Under the pieces are notes generated by a model that did not search any database, had not been told where the DNA came from, and saw only the letters and a program-made list of their open reading frames with translations. From positions 1 through 64,000 of the IMG/VR virus record IMGVR_UViG_3300033146_000850: 64,000 nucleotides of DNA. One strand, written 5' to 3'. Source of the stretch: a virus. Shown one piece after another: positions 1 to 9,663 of the stretch (the first letter of the stretch is position 1; each line of letters opens with the position of its first letter). The translations under genes were made by a program, and so were the position numbers.

Positions 1-1360
1 TATTTAAAATAATTTGAAAACCCACCATAACGTGCCGTTCTTACGGCACATAATTGATAGGTTTGATTTGTTGAACGAAGTGAGACAATATCAACCTTGT
101 CAATTATTAGTCAGGTACATTTGTTACAGTGGATACATTTGTTACAATGTATATATTTTAAAAACGTCCAAATTTTAATTCTAAACAATGAAAATATATT
201 AACTTATAACATAGCATTCAAAATGTATTTTTATTCAATGGTGGGCATTTATGTTCCATTTAGACATACTTTATCCAATAGAAACTATTTTAAAATGTTG
301 TTGATATATTAATTACAATTAAAAACCCACCATAGCGTGCCGTTCTTACGGCACATAATTGATAGGTTTGATTTGTTGAACGAAGTGAGACAACATCAAT
401 CTTGTCAATTATTAGTCAGGTACATTTGTTACAATGGATATATTTTAAAAACGTCCAAATTTTAATTTTAAGCAATGAAAACATATCAACATATAACATA
501 GCATTCAAAATGTATTTTTATTCAATGGTGGGCATTTATGTTCCATTTAGGCATATTTTATCCAATGGGAATGATTTTAAAATGTTGTTGATGATTATAA
601 AATGTTGTTGATATATTAATTACAATTTGAAAACCCACCATAGCGTGCCGTTCTTACGGCACATAATTGATGGGTTTGATTTGTTGAACGAAGTGAGACA
701 ACATCAACCTTGTCAATTATTAGTCGGATATAATTGTTACAATTGATATAATTGTTACCAGTGGATATTTTTAAAACCGTTCAAAAGTTTGAGCCTCCGA
801 GATTTTTTCTTTTTTTTTACTTTTTTTTTCTTTTCTTTTCTTATTCTTCACTTTTTTTTCTTTTCTTTTCTTTTATATATTTTCTTTTCTTATTCTTTTC
901 TTTTATATATTTTCTTTTCTTATTCTTTTCTTTTATATATTTTCTTTTCTTATTCTTTCTTATTCTTTTCTTTTATATAATTTTCTTTTCTTATTCTTTC
1001 TTATTCTTTGTAAAATCGTGTATTACCAATAGTTGTTTTTTTATAAGTATAATTTTATTCCTCGCTTCGCTCGTCATAAAATCATTTTTTATAAAAAAAC
1101 AAGTGACACCTAACGGTGTCACGGGGGTAAACCCCCAGCATGAATATACCGGTATAAACGTGCGTGCGTGCGTGTGTGCGTGCGGGAGCGGGCGTGCGTG
1201 CGAAGATAGGATACGATATTTTTTGAAAACGTCCAAATTTTAATTCTAAGCAATGAAAACATATCAACATATAACATAGCATTCAAAATGTATTTTCATT
1301 CAATGGTGGGCATTTATGTTCCATTTAGACGTATTTTATCCAATAGAAATGATTTTAAAA
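1..1360. repeat. ~305-308 bp non-coding tandem repeat (3 copies; third interrupted by a ~430 bp insert); putative replication origin region
   Basis: Hairpin GTGCCGT-TCTT-ACGGCAC at 32, 337 and 645. The 3' half of the unit (aaaacgtccaaattttaatt...caatggtgggcatttatgttcc) recurs at ~160, ~447 and ~1226. The origin role is inference. Confidence 0.85.
803..1010 (+). repeat. T/C-rich low-complexity tract with ~31-bp repeats (ttttcttttcttattcttttcttttatatat)
   Basis: About 200 nt almost without G on the + strand. Confidence 0.85.
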
Positions 1361-1413
1361 ATAAAAATATAAATAATTAACAAAATTTTTAACTTTTTTA
1401 TTTGTGTGTGATA

Positions 1414-1421
1414 TATAAATA
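1414..1421 (+). promoter_or_regulatory. T4-type late promoter TATAAATA upstream of gp32
   Basis: Exact gp55 consensus in an intergenic position; may overlap a sigma70 extended -10. Confidence 0.55.
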
Positions 1422-1488
1422 ATGCAAGTCGGACGAACCAGTTGGTTCAAATGGATTTATTGATTTAATGATTTATGGAGAATTAATT

Positions 1489-2448
1489 ATGGCTAAATCA
1501 AGCAGAAGAAACAGAGATTACAGAGAGATTCATGGAAAAAAGTTTAAGGAAAGTTTTGACACAAAAAACAAGTACAAAGATGAACGTTTTTGGACATTAA
1601 CCAGAGATGATACTGGTGGTGGTAGTGCTATTATTCGGTTTTTACCAAATAAAAATGAAGTAGAATTACCTTACAAACAAAGTTTTAAACACGCTATTAA
1701 TATTAATGGGAAAATGTTTATTGACCATTGTCCTACTACTGTTGATGAAAATTGTCCTGTATGTGAGTGGAACAAGGAGCAAGACAGGGATTTTGTTATG
1801 GATAACAAAACATATAGAAAGAAATCTTATATATGCAATATTTTAGTTATTCAAGACAAGAAAAATAGAGACAATGAAGGTAAAGTATTTTTGTTTGAAT
1901 TTGGAAAACAAGTATATGATATTTTAGTTGAGACACTTAATCCTGATAAAGAATTAGGAATTGACCCAATGTATTATTATTGCTTGGACAATGGTGCTAA
2001 TTTTAGAGTGTTGGTTAAGAAAGATGGAAAATATCCAACTTGGACTTCTAGTAAGTTTTTACCAAAATCTCCAATTGATGGTGACCTTGAAACATTGAAT
2101 ATTGATGATGATTATATTTTTGATAATATTTACGATATTGGTGAAGTTATAAAATCAAAAAAATATAAAACTTATGATGAATTGAATGTTAAATTTAAAA
2201 AGTTTTTAAAGAGTATTGATGCTAATGGTATGATAGATGATGCTGAATATGATAACAAAGAAGAAAATGTTGTTCCTGAATTTTCAAGAAAAACTAGAAA
2301 AAGTAAGGAAATCATAGAAGAAAAAGAGAAATCTGTTGCAGTTTCAAATAGAACATCTAGAAAATCAAATAAGGTTGATGATGATATGGACAAAGTCAAC
2401 AGTGTTCAAAATTATTTCCATCAGTATGATGATGACGATGATGAATAA
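1489..2448 (+). CDS. 32: T4 gp32-like single-stranded DNA-binding protein
   Basis: DERFW, IIRFLP, CPTT...CPVC, NILVIQD..NEGKVFLFEFGK, GANFR motifs and acidic tail; GGAG before ATG 1489. Confidence 0.95.
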   Translation: MAKSSRRNRDYREIHGKKFKESFDTKNKYKDERFWTLTRDDTGGGSAIIRFLPNKNEVELPYKQSFKHAININGKMFIDHCPTTVDENCPVCEWNKEQDRDFVMDNKTYRKKSYICNILVIQDKKNRDNEGKVFLFEFGKQVYDILVETLNPDKELGIDPMYYYCLDNGANFRVLVKKDGKYPTWTSSKFLPKSPIDGDLETLNIDDDYIFDNIYDIGEVIKSKKYKTYDELNVKFKKFLKSIDANGMIDDAEYDNKEENVVPEFSRKTRKSKEIIEEKEKSVAVSNRTSRKSNKVDDDMDKVNSVQNYFHQYDDDDDE

Positions 2449-2468
2449 ATAATAATCAATGGTAATAT

Positions 2469-2505
2469 ATAATATTGAGGGGATATCACGTTCCCTCAAT
2501 ATTAT
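2469..2505. terminator. Hairpin after gp32 (probable terminator)
   Basis: ataatattgaggg...ccctcaatattat inverted repeat. Confidence 0.6.
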
Positions 2506-2534
2506 TGTGAATTTAATTATTATAGGTGGTTAAT

Positions 2535-2969
2535 ATGAAGTTCTTAGGTGTAGCGTGGAGGGATGCAGATAATATCCCTGAAAAATTACAAAATATTATT
2601 GATGAGATGATAACAACAAATATTCAAGATTTAAAAAGCGATTTAGTTAAAGCTATACACGACCAATCACAAATATTAAAAATCAAATATAGGTTGAGTA
2701 TAGCATTGGTTGAAATGGAGCACCTCATTAAAGAGAAAAGATTCAATGTAACTAAATATTACATTGAAAGATATCCTAGAGAGCTGGGTTCAACTCAATT
2801 GAAATTATATGTTGAAAATGATACAGGATTATCTGAACTAATAGCTAAATATGAGATGTTGAAAATAAAATTGAAATTTTTTGAAAGTGTTTTTGATATC
2901 TTGAAAAGTAAACCTACAAATATTCGTAGTATAATTATGTGGGAAGAATATACATCTGGTAATAAATAA
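2535..2969 (+). CDS. uvsY: UvsY-like recombination mediator
   Basis: ~145 aa helical protein ending IRSIIMWEEYTSG, typical of UvsY; lies next to uvsW. Confidence 0.75.
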   Translation: MKFLGVAWRDADNIPEKLQNIIDEMITTNIQDLKSDLVKAIHDQSQILKIKYRLSIALVEMEHLIKEKRFNVTKYYIERYPRELGSTQLKLYVENDTGLSELIAKYEMLKIKLKFFESVFDILKSKPTNIRSIIMWEEYTSGNK

Positions 2970-3027
2970 TTTATAAATTTTTCTACACTAAATAATAATT
3001 AGTTATTATATATTGTGAGAAAAAAAG

Positions 3028-5406
3028 ATGTTAATTTTTGAAAAAGTCGATGAGGTTTATTTTATAGTCAAATCAGATTCACCTGAAAATTTTACAGAGT
3101 TACAAGAATTATATTTTGCATTTATATTAGAACATCCTGATAAATATTTTATACCAGCGTATAAAAATGGTGGTTGGGATGGTAAAGTTAAATTTATAAA
3201 ATATTTAGATTCTTTTAGAGAAACAGCTCTTGCACCAATTGGGTTGTTTCATAAAATGTATAAATTTATGAAAAGTAATAATATTGAATTTGAAATTATA
3301 AATGATGATATTGGTATAAATAAAGTCGATTTGAGCGATTTTGATTCTTGGTTAAGCGAGATTGAAAAAGGTAAAACTAAAAAGATATCTAGTAGAGAAT
3401 ATCAATATAATGCTGTTAAAAATGCGTTAATTGTTAATAGAGGTATATTACAAAGTCCTACAGGTTGTCACGCTAAAGGTGATAAAGTTTTCACTAATGA
3501 TGGTGTATTGAAAAAAGTAGAAGATATTGTAGAGGGTGATTTTCTGTTTGGAATTGATGGTCAATATAAAGAAGTTTTGAGTTTATTTAATGGATATGAT
3601 GATTTATATGAAATTAAACCATTTGGAAGTGATATTGGGTTCACAGTTAATTCTGAACACGTTTTACCTTTATACTATGACAATAATATTATTGAGTTAA
3701 CAGTTCATGAGTTTTTAGCTAAGGATGATTCATTTAAAGAACATTGTCAAATATTTTATAATAAAGAAAAACTCAATTTTTCTTTACAGAATGATGAATA
3801 TATAATAGATTCCCCTTATCATATTGGTGAATATTTTGGTCAGATGTTTAATGATAACGCTATTAATGATGAAAATGATGAATATTTGTATTATTTGAAT
3901 GATATTTTATTTAAAACTAGTGTTAATTTTAGGTTGGAATTATTAGCTGGTATGTTAGATTCAGGTGGAGATTTAATTGATAACAATTCAAAGTTTTCAT
4001 TTTCATCATCCTCTAAGTCATTTATTGATAATATGCATATGATATCTATATCTTTGGGTTATATATGTTCAATAAATATAGACTATGATAATATTGATAA
4101 ACATATTATAACTATTAGTGGTAACATATCTAGTATTCCAACCAAAAATAAACAAATTAACCACGAGTATATTGACAATTATAAAAATGGTTTTGATATT
4201 ATAAAAAAAGGATATGGTGAATATTATGGTTTCACTGTTAAGGATTCATTATATTTGACTGAAAGTGGTATAATTACTAAAAATAGTGGTAAAAGTTTAA
4301 TAATATATACTTATATTTCTTGGATTTTAACACACGAGTTTAAACCTGGTGAAAAACTATTATTAGTTGTTCCATCAACATCTCTAGTTGAACAGATGAC
4401 TAATGATTTTGTGGAGTATGGGTTTAATGAAAAATATATATCTAAAATTTATTCAGGTCAAACAAAGAATTTTAATAATCCTATTATAATTTCAACGTGG
4501 CAAAGTTTATTTAGAAACGATATTGATTTTTTTGAACAATTCTCTTGTGTTATAATTGATGAAGCACATAAAGCAAAAGCAAAACAAATGATGTATATAT
4601 CTGAAAATTGCATCAATGCAAGATTTAGATTGGCTACAACTGGAACTCTTCATAAACAAAAATTTATGAAATGGTCTGTAATGGCGAACTTTGGTCCTGT
4701 ATTTAAAACTAGTACAACATCATCTCTAATTAAATCTGGATTTTTAACCGATTTCCATATACGAAACATTGTTATAAATTGGAAAAAAGTGAATTGTAAA
4801 AAAATTAAAAGGTTTGATATAGATGATTATCAAGATGAGTTTAAACATATTCTTAATAATGAAAATAGAATGGATATGGTGATTACTTTTTTGGTTAATT
4901 TATGGGACGATAGAGACATTGCAAAATCAACTTTATTAGTAATGGGTAGAAGAGTTGCGTATATTGAATTTTTATTTTCTAAAATAAAAGATAAAATTGA
5001 TGGTGATGTGTTTTTTATTCACGGTAAAGTTAAAACATCTGATAGACTTAAAATAATAGAACACGTTAAAAAATATGGTGGCATGATTATTGCAAATATA
5101 GATATTATGGGAACTGGTATTAATATTCCAAATGTTTCAACTATTGTATTTGCCAATCCAGTGAAGTCAGATATATTATTATTACAAACAATTGGAAGGT
5201 CTATTAGGTTGTCGGAAGGTAAAACTTTTGCTATGATATATGATTTAGTTGATAAGATACCTATTAAAAATAAATCTGAAAATACTGTATATAGTTGGTT
5301 AGGACGAAAAAATGAGATTTATCAAGAGCAAGGGTTTAAATATGACACTATAAATGTTGATTTGAATTGTGATTGTGAGACCAAATTTGATATTTTAAAA
5401 ATATAA
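3028..5406 (+). CDS. uvsW: UvsW-like SF2 DNA helicase, intein-containing
   Basis: WDGKVKF, REYQ, SPTG/SGKS Walker A split by the intein, LVVPSTSLVEQM, STWQS, DEAH, QTIGRSIR. Confidence 0.93.
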   Translation: MLIFEKVDEVYFIVKSDSPENFTELQELYFAFILEHPDKYFIPAYKNGGWDGKVKFIKYLDSFRETALAPIGLFHKMYKFMKSNNIEFEIINDDIGINKVDLSDFDSWLSEIEKGKTKKISSREYQYNAVKNALIVNRGILQSPTGCHAKGDKVFTNDGVLKKVEDIVEGDFLFGIDGQYKEVLSLFNGYDDLYEIKPFGSDIGFTVNSEHVLPLYYDNNIIELTVHEFLAKDDSFKEHCQIFYNKEKLNFSLQNDEYIIDSPYHIGEYFGQMFNDNAINDENDEYLYYLNDILFKTSVNFRLELLAGMLDSGGDLIDNNSKFSFSSSSKSFIDNMHMISISLGYICSINIDYDNIDKHIITISGNISSIPTKNKQINHEYIDNYKNGFDIIKKGYGEYYGFTVKDSLYLTESGIITKNSGKSLIIYTYISWILTHEFKPGEKLLLVVPSTSLVEQMTNDFVEYGFNEKYISKIYSGQTKNFNNPIIISTWQSLFRNDIDFFEQFSCVIIDEAHKAKAKQMMYISENCINARFRLATTGTLHKQKFMKWSVMANFGPVFKTSTTSSLIKSGFLTDFHIRNIVINWKKVNCKKIKRFDIDDYQDEFKHILNNENRMDMVITFLVNLWDDRDIAKSTLLVMGRRVAYIEFLFSKIKDKIDGDVFFIHGKVKTSDRLKIIEHVKKYGGMIIANIDIMGTGINIPNVSTIVFANPVKSDILLLQTIGRSIRLSEGKTFAMIYDLVDKIPIKNKSENTVYSWLGRKNEIYQEQGFKYDTINVDLNCDCETKFDILKI
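3466..4284 (+). mobile_element. Intein (273 aa) in the UvsW Walker A, with degenerate LAGLIDADG remnant
   Basis: Starts CHAKGDKV; block B FTVNSEHVL; LAGMLDSGG; ends YYGFTV...ITKN|S. Removal restores PTGSGKS. Confidence 0.92.
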
Positions 5407-5454
5407 TTTCATTTTTTGTTGATATTATGATATTTAATTATGATGGAGGTTGAT

Positions 5455-5673
5455 ATGCAGTATTTTAAAATCAAATATATATCGAATGAACAAAAATTAA
5501 TTAATAATATTATTGAATTTGAAAATAAGGAAATTGAACAAGATAATAATAATAATTTATTAAATTTAATTGTGAGACAAATAGATGATATTTTTTTACC
5601 TTTGGAATTTATGGAAGTTTCTAAAAAATATAGAGACGAATTTTTAAATATTGAGGAGCATTCATGGCTTTAA
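5455..5673 (+). CDS. Small hypothetical protein
   Basis: GGAGG RBS; overlaps the primase start. Confidence 0.6.
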   Translation: MQYFKIKYISNEQKLINNIIEFENKEIEQDNNNNLLNLIVRQIDDIFLPLEFMEVSKKYRDEFLNIEEHSWL

Positions 5674-6752
5674 GTAAAACAGATTCCAAAATATTGATTC
5701 AACAGTTAGGTTTGGAAGGTATTGAAATAAACGGTGATAATTATAATTTTAGATGTCCTATATGTGGCGATTCCAAAAAGAATAGTTCTAAAAAACGAGG
5801 ATATTTATTTTGGGATACTAAACATAATAGAGGATATAGATATAAATGTTTCAATTGTGGGGTTAGTTATACGCTTGAGTATTATTTGAAATTATATAAC
5901 CCTGATTTATATAAACAATATGTATTCGATGGGTTGAAATATAAATATACAAATAAATCAAAAATGAATATGGTAAAAGATGATTTATTAGAGAAAGTTG
6001 ATAATTCTTTGGTTAAAAAATTATTAAATGATAAAATAAAAGAAAAAATTATAATTCCAATTACTAAAATAAAAAAATATAATATTCGAGAGTATATATA
6101 TAACAGACGTATTCCTAAGCATAAATTGAAATACATATATTATATTGATAATTTTTATGAAACACTATATGAGCCTATTAAAAAATTATTAAATGATAAA
6201 AATATAAAAGATGGTTCTTTCGATACTGACCCTAGAATATTTTGGTTTATTAAAAATAGGAATAATGAAATTATAGGAATACAGGGTAGAAGTATATTAG
6301 AAGATGCAAAAATTAGATATTTGACTATAAAGATAACAGATGATGTAATGGTTGGAAATCTTGAAAACATTCAACTGAGCGAACGTGTGTACGTTACAGA
6401 GGGGTTTATTGATAGTTTATTTCTACCAAATGCTGTATCACTAAATGGAAGCTCGTTCAAATCAACATTAAACAAATTAAAACATATTGGAGTCGAGGAT
6501 ATTGTAATTATTTTTGATAATGAGCCTTATAATAAAGAAATAAGGAAAAAGGTAGTAGAAGTTGTTAATGAGAGTATTATGGTTAATGGTGTTAAATTAG
6601 GGGTTTGTTTGTTACCTGAAAGAATTAGAAATAAAGGAAAAGATGTTAATGATTATATTAAAAATGGTATTGATATTTCTAAATTGATAAATATAATTAA
6701 TGAAAATACTCATTATGGAAAAATTGCAAAAATAAAAATGTTAAGGTGGTGA
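5664..6752 (+). CDS. 61: T4 gp61-like DNA primase
   Basis: NFRCPICGDS..KKRG and CFNCG zinc ribbon; QGRS; TOPRIM VTEGFIDSLF, FDNEP, KDVND. Confidence 0.95.
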   Translation: MALSKTDSKILIQQLGLEGIEINGDNYNFRCPICGDSKKNSSKKRGYLFWDTKHNRGYRYKCFNCGVSYTLEYYLKLYNPDLYKQYVFDGLKYKYTNKSKMNMVKDDLLEKVDNSLVKKLLNDKIKEKIIIPITKIKKYNIREYIYNRRIPKHKLKYIYYIDNFYETLYEPIKKLLNDKNIKDGSFDTDPRIFWFIKNRNNEIIGIQGRSILEDAKIRYLTIKITDDVMVGNLENIQLSERVYVTEGFIDSLFLPNAVSLNGSSFKSTLNKLKHIGVEDIVIIFDNEPYNKEIRKKVVEVVNESIMVNGVKLGVCLLPERIRNKGKDVNDYIKNGIDISKLINIINENTHYGKIAKIKMLRW

Positions 6753-6753
6753 T

Positions 6754-8625
6754 ATGAGTGGATACAAAGGACAATTAAATGACTCAAAGAGTAAATTAAA
6801 AGTCATTCGATTAGGACATATGTACTCTGATATGATAACAGAGTTAAAAAAGGCTATATCTAGAGTACCTTTAAATAATGATTATGAGGTTCATTTTAGG
6901 TTCCCTGGTAATATATTTTTTAATAGTACTAAAGATATAAATGATTCCTCAAGGTCAATTAATGAATCACCATCAACTCCAACCGCAGTTAATCCTGTAA
7001 AGGATGATTCTATTAATCAGAAATATAATACTGAAACTATAAAATATATAGAGGAACGAATACCATTTTTAACAAAAAATGTTACGGGATTCGATGAGAG
7101 TATTGATGTTAAAACTGTTAAAATTTTAAATAGGGACTGGAATTTTGCAACTAATCAGAATTTTAGTGAATTAACTATAACGTTTTATGATATGTATGTT
7201 CAAAATAAAGATGGTATATCAGAGTGGGTGTCTATTAGTGAACTATTTAAGACCTGGATGGATAATATTTTTTATAATCCTGGGGATGAATTATATAAAA
7301 CATATTCGACTGTTAGTAATTATTTTGATAGCTATGTTATACCTGAATTGGATATTTTACAATTCAGTAGAAGGTTAGAGATTACCGATATTGACCATTT
7401 AATTTTAGATAATAAGATAACAGAAGATAATAGAATGAGTCAATTAGATGTTAAAAAGAAAAAAAATTATTATAAAGAATGGTTAGAAGATGAATATGGG
7501 GATAATATATATCTTGCAGGATATCTTAATGATTTACAAAAAAGAAGAAAGACTAAAACTGGTGTTATTGGTATTATTGGGGATATAGCTACACCTATTA
7601 ATAATATGATAAATGCTGTAGCATTAACATCTGACGTAGTTTCCAATTTCTCAAAAGGTGAATCTGAAAACATTGAAAAATATAAAGATGGGTTATCCAT
7701 AGCAGGTAAGAAATTGTATGAAGATTTTTTTAATGATTTTAGTAAAATAAAAGAAGGTATTCCTAAAGAAGATATTGGTAAATTGTTTGGTCAAGAGCAT
7801 CTAAAAGGATTGCGTGATAATATATCATCAGGTGGAACAACAACATCATCACCATTCGGTGTGAAATTAGAAAAGGCATCTTATCATTTATATGCTAACT
7901 TTTATAATCATTTTAAATCTATACAAGATAAATATTCTAATAATGGAAATTCAAAACTTAATTTAGCATCTCTATTAGACAAAGAAAATTTGAAAAAATG
8001 TAGTGGTAAAGCTATTAGTAAAGCAATAAAACAAGCACAAGATGATGCTGAACCTAAATTTTTTGGGTTCGATACACCAATAGATGAGATATTGTCTGTA
8101 ATGGGGTTTTTATCGACTGCATATTCTTTATATGATTTAGCGAAAGTGTTATTGTGGAGTATAAAACCAGATAGTCCGGTTAATCCTGATTGGGTTGCTG
8201 GAGGTAACGAGTCAATATTGAAAACAGATTCTGGCTTGCTTAAACAAGGTGCATCAGCCGTGGTTGGTGATAGATTTTTAACTACTGATTTTATAGATAA
8301 CTCCGTTAGTGCTATACTTGATTATTTAAAAAATAATGAAAATATACTTGATAAAAAGTATGAAAATCTTTTCGAGTTCCCTATAAATTGGGATAATTAT
8401 AGTTTTTTAAAAGATGATGAACGATATTCTAATGCTGGTATACTTAGTAAAAATAATGAAAGTAATTTGGAAGATGATTATATATATATAAACCCAATAA
8501 AAACTTTTAGGTTTTATGACCTTTATCCTGTGGGTGTGTTTTATAATAATCTGAGTTATGATAGTGAGAATGAATTAACAACATTTGATGTTAAATTCAA
8601 ATATACTCATTTTGAACAAAAATAA
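6754..8625 (+). CDS. Tail tube-fold baseplate protein (gp54/gp48-like) with large insertion
   Basis: N-part ELTITFYD..FKTWMDNI and C-terminal FYDLYPVGV..LSYDSENELTTFDVKFKY are tube-fold motifs; precedes gp26. Confidence 0.65.
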   Translation: MSGYKGQLNDSKSKLKVIRLGHMYSDMITELKKAISRVPLNNDYEVHFRFPGNIFFNSTKDINDSSRSINESPSTPTAVNPVKDDSINQKYNTETIKYIEERIPFLTKNVTGFDESIDVKTVKILNRDWNFATNQNFSELTITFYDMYVQNKDGISEWVSISELFKTWMDNIFYNPGDELYKTYSTVSNYFDSYVIPELDILQFSRRLEITDIDHLILDNKITEDNRMSQLDVKKKKNYYKEWLEDEYGDNIYLAGYLNDLQKRRKTKTGVIGIIGDIATPINNMINAVALTSDVVSNFSKGESENIEKYKDGLSIAGKKLYEDFFNDFSKIKEGIPKEDIGKLFGQEHLKGLRDNISSGGTTTSSPFGVKLEKASYHLYANFYNHFKSIQDKYSNNGNSKLNLASLLDKENLKKCSGKAISKAIKQAQDDAEPKFFGFDTPIDEILSVMGFLSTAYSLYDLAKVLLWSIKPDSPVNPDWVAGGNESILKTDSGLLKQGASAVVGDRFLTTDFIDNSVSAILDYLKNNENILDKKYENLFEFPINWDNYSFLKDDERYSNAGILSKNNESNLEDDYIYINPIKTFRFYDLYPVGVFYNNLSYDSENELTTFDVKFKYTHFEQK

Positions 8626-8684
8626 ATTTTTTAAAAATGAATAGTAATAAATAGATATGTGTTAATATAATATGGAGTAATATT

Positions 8685-9419
8685 ATGATAGATTTAAAGA
8701 GTATTAGTGATTCATTGAATGATTTTAATTTTTCTACGATTATACCTTCAACAGGTGAAGTTATAAATGGTAGACCTTATACGGTAAAAGATGAGTTTAA
8801 ACTTACACAACTACAAACAATAGATGATAAAAAAATAATATTAGATACATTGTTTAATATAGTCAAAGATAAATATTATTCATTAACAGAGAATCAAATA
8901 TCCCAGTTAACATTGGTTGATGTTCAATATCTATTAGCTCAATTGAAGAAAAATAGTGACGATGGAGAAATTCCAATAATCGTTACTTGTACAAAATGTG
9001 AAAAAGAATTTGAACATTCTTTAAATTTGACAAAAATAGATATTAATAATAATAATTTCAAAAAAAATATTAAAATAACTAGTGATAAATTACAACACGA
9101 TTTAACTATCACTATGAATACTATGAGATATATTGATGTTAGTGAAAAATATTTAAAAAATTCAAATAATACCGGAGATATTGAAAATATTTTAATAGAT
9201 TGTATTGAGAGTATTTCTTTTGGTGATGAAATGTCAACTGAATTTACAACTGAGGAATTGAAAATGTTATTAAGTAATATTCCTCATAAGTATTATAGTG
9301 AATTTACCACATTTTTATCTGAAACTCCTGAATTAATATATAAAGATAATGTTCAGTGTACGCACTGCGGTGAGAAGAACACCATTGGTATTGATGATTT
9401 TTTTTATTTAATTTTTTAA
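8685..9419 (+). CDS. 26: T4 gp26-like baseplate hub assembly protein
   Basis: IPSTGEVI.GRPYTVKDE, LTLVDVQYLLAQL, two CxxC pairs, C-terminal GIDDFF. Confidence 0.85.
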   Translation: MIDLKSISDSLNDFNFSTIIPSTGEVINGRPYTVKDEFKLTQLQTIDDKKIILDTLFNIVKDKYYSLTENQISQLTLVDVQYLLAQLKKNSDDGEIPIIVTCTKCEKEFEHSLNLTKIDINNNNFKKNIKITSDKLQHDLTITMNTMRYIDVSEKYLKNSNNTGDIENILIDCIESISFGDEMSTEFTTEELKMLLSNIPHKYYSEFTTFLSETPELIYKDNVQCTHCGEKNTIGIDDFFYLIF

Positions 9420-9598
9420 TATTCGGGAATGATATCCATTCATTATATCGAGAATTTTTTTATTTTGTATATTTCACCAAATGGTCTATTGAAAGCGTTA
9501 TGAAATTATATCCATTTGAAAAGGATATTTTTTATCAATTATATAATGAACAAATTGAATATGAAAACTCTGAAATAGAGAAAAATAACAAGAAGTGA
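9398..9598 (+). CDS. gp51-like baseplate hub assembly ORF (no proper start; probably reached by -1 frameshift from gp26)
   Basis: Frame open 9398-9598 encodes LYREFFYFVYFTKWSIESVMKLYPFEKDIFYQL, resembling gp51; absent from the ORF track. Confidence 0.7.
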   Translation, partial: FFLFNFLIFGNDIHSLYREFFYFVYFTKWSIESVMKLYPFEKDIFYQLYNEQIEYENSEIEKNNKK

Positions 9599-9610
9599 TT
9601 ATTGCTTTAA

Positions 9611-9618
9611 TATAAATA
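9611..9618 (+). promoter_or_regulatory. Late promoter TATAAATA
   Basis: Exact consensus upstream of the structural block. Confidence 0.7.
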
Positions 9619-9663
9619 ATAAATAAGATTATAATTAATAAAATCTATAATGAGGTTTTCAAT

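Noticed and set aside
97-1282. Short ORFs in the repeat region (71, 69, 163, 63, 81 and 66 aa)
   Set aside because: Mostly TTG starts without RBS; Phe-rich low-complexity translations; copies differ by indels. These are by-products of non-coding repeats.
5455-5673. UvsW.1 assignment
   Set aside because: Size and position fit, but no sequence motif I can recognise.
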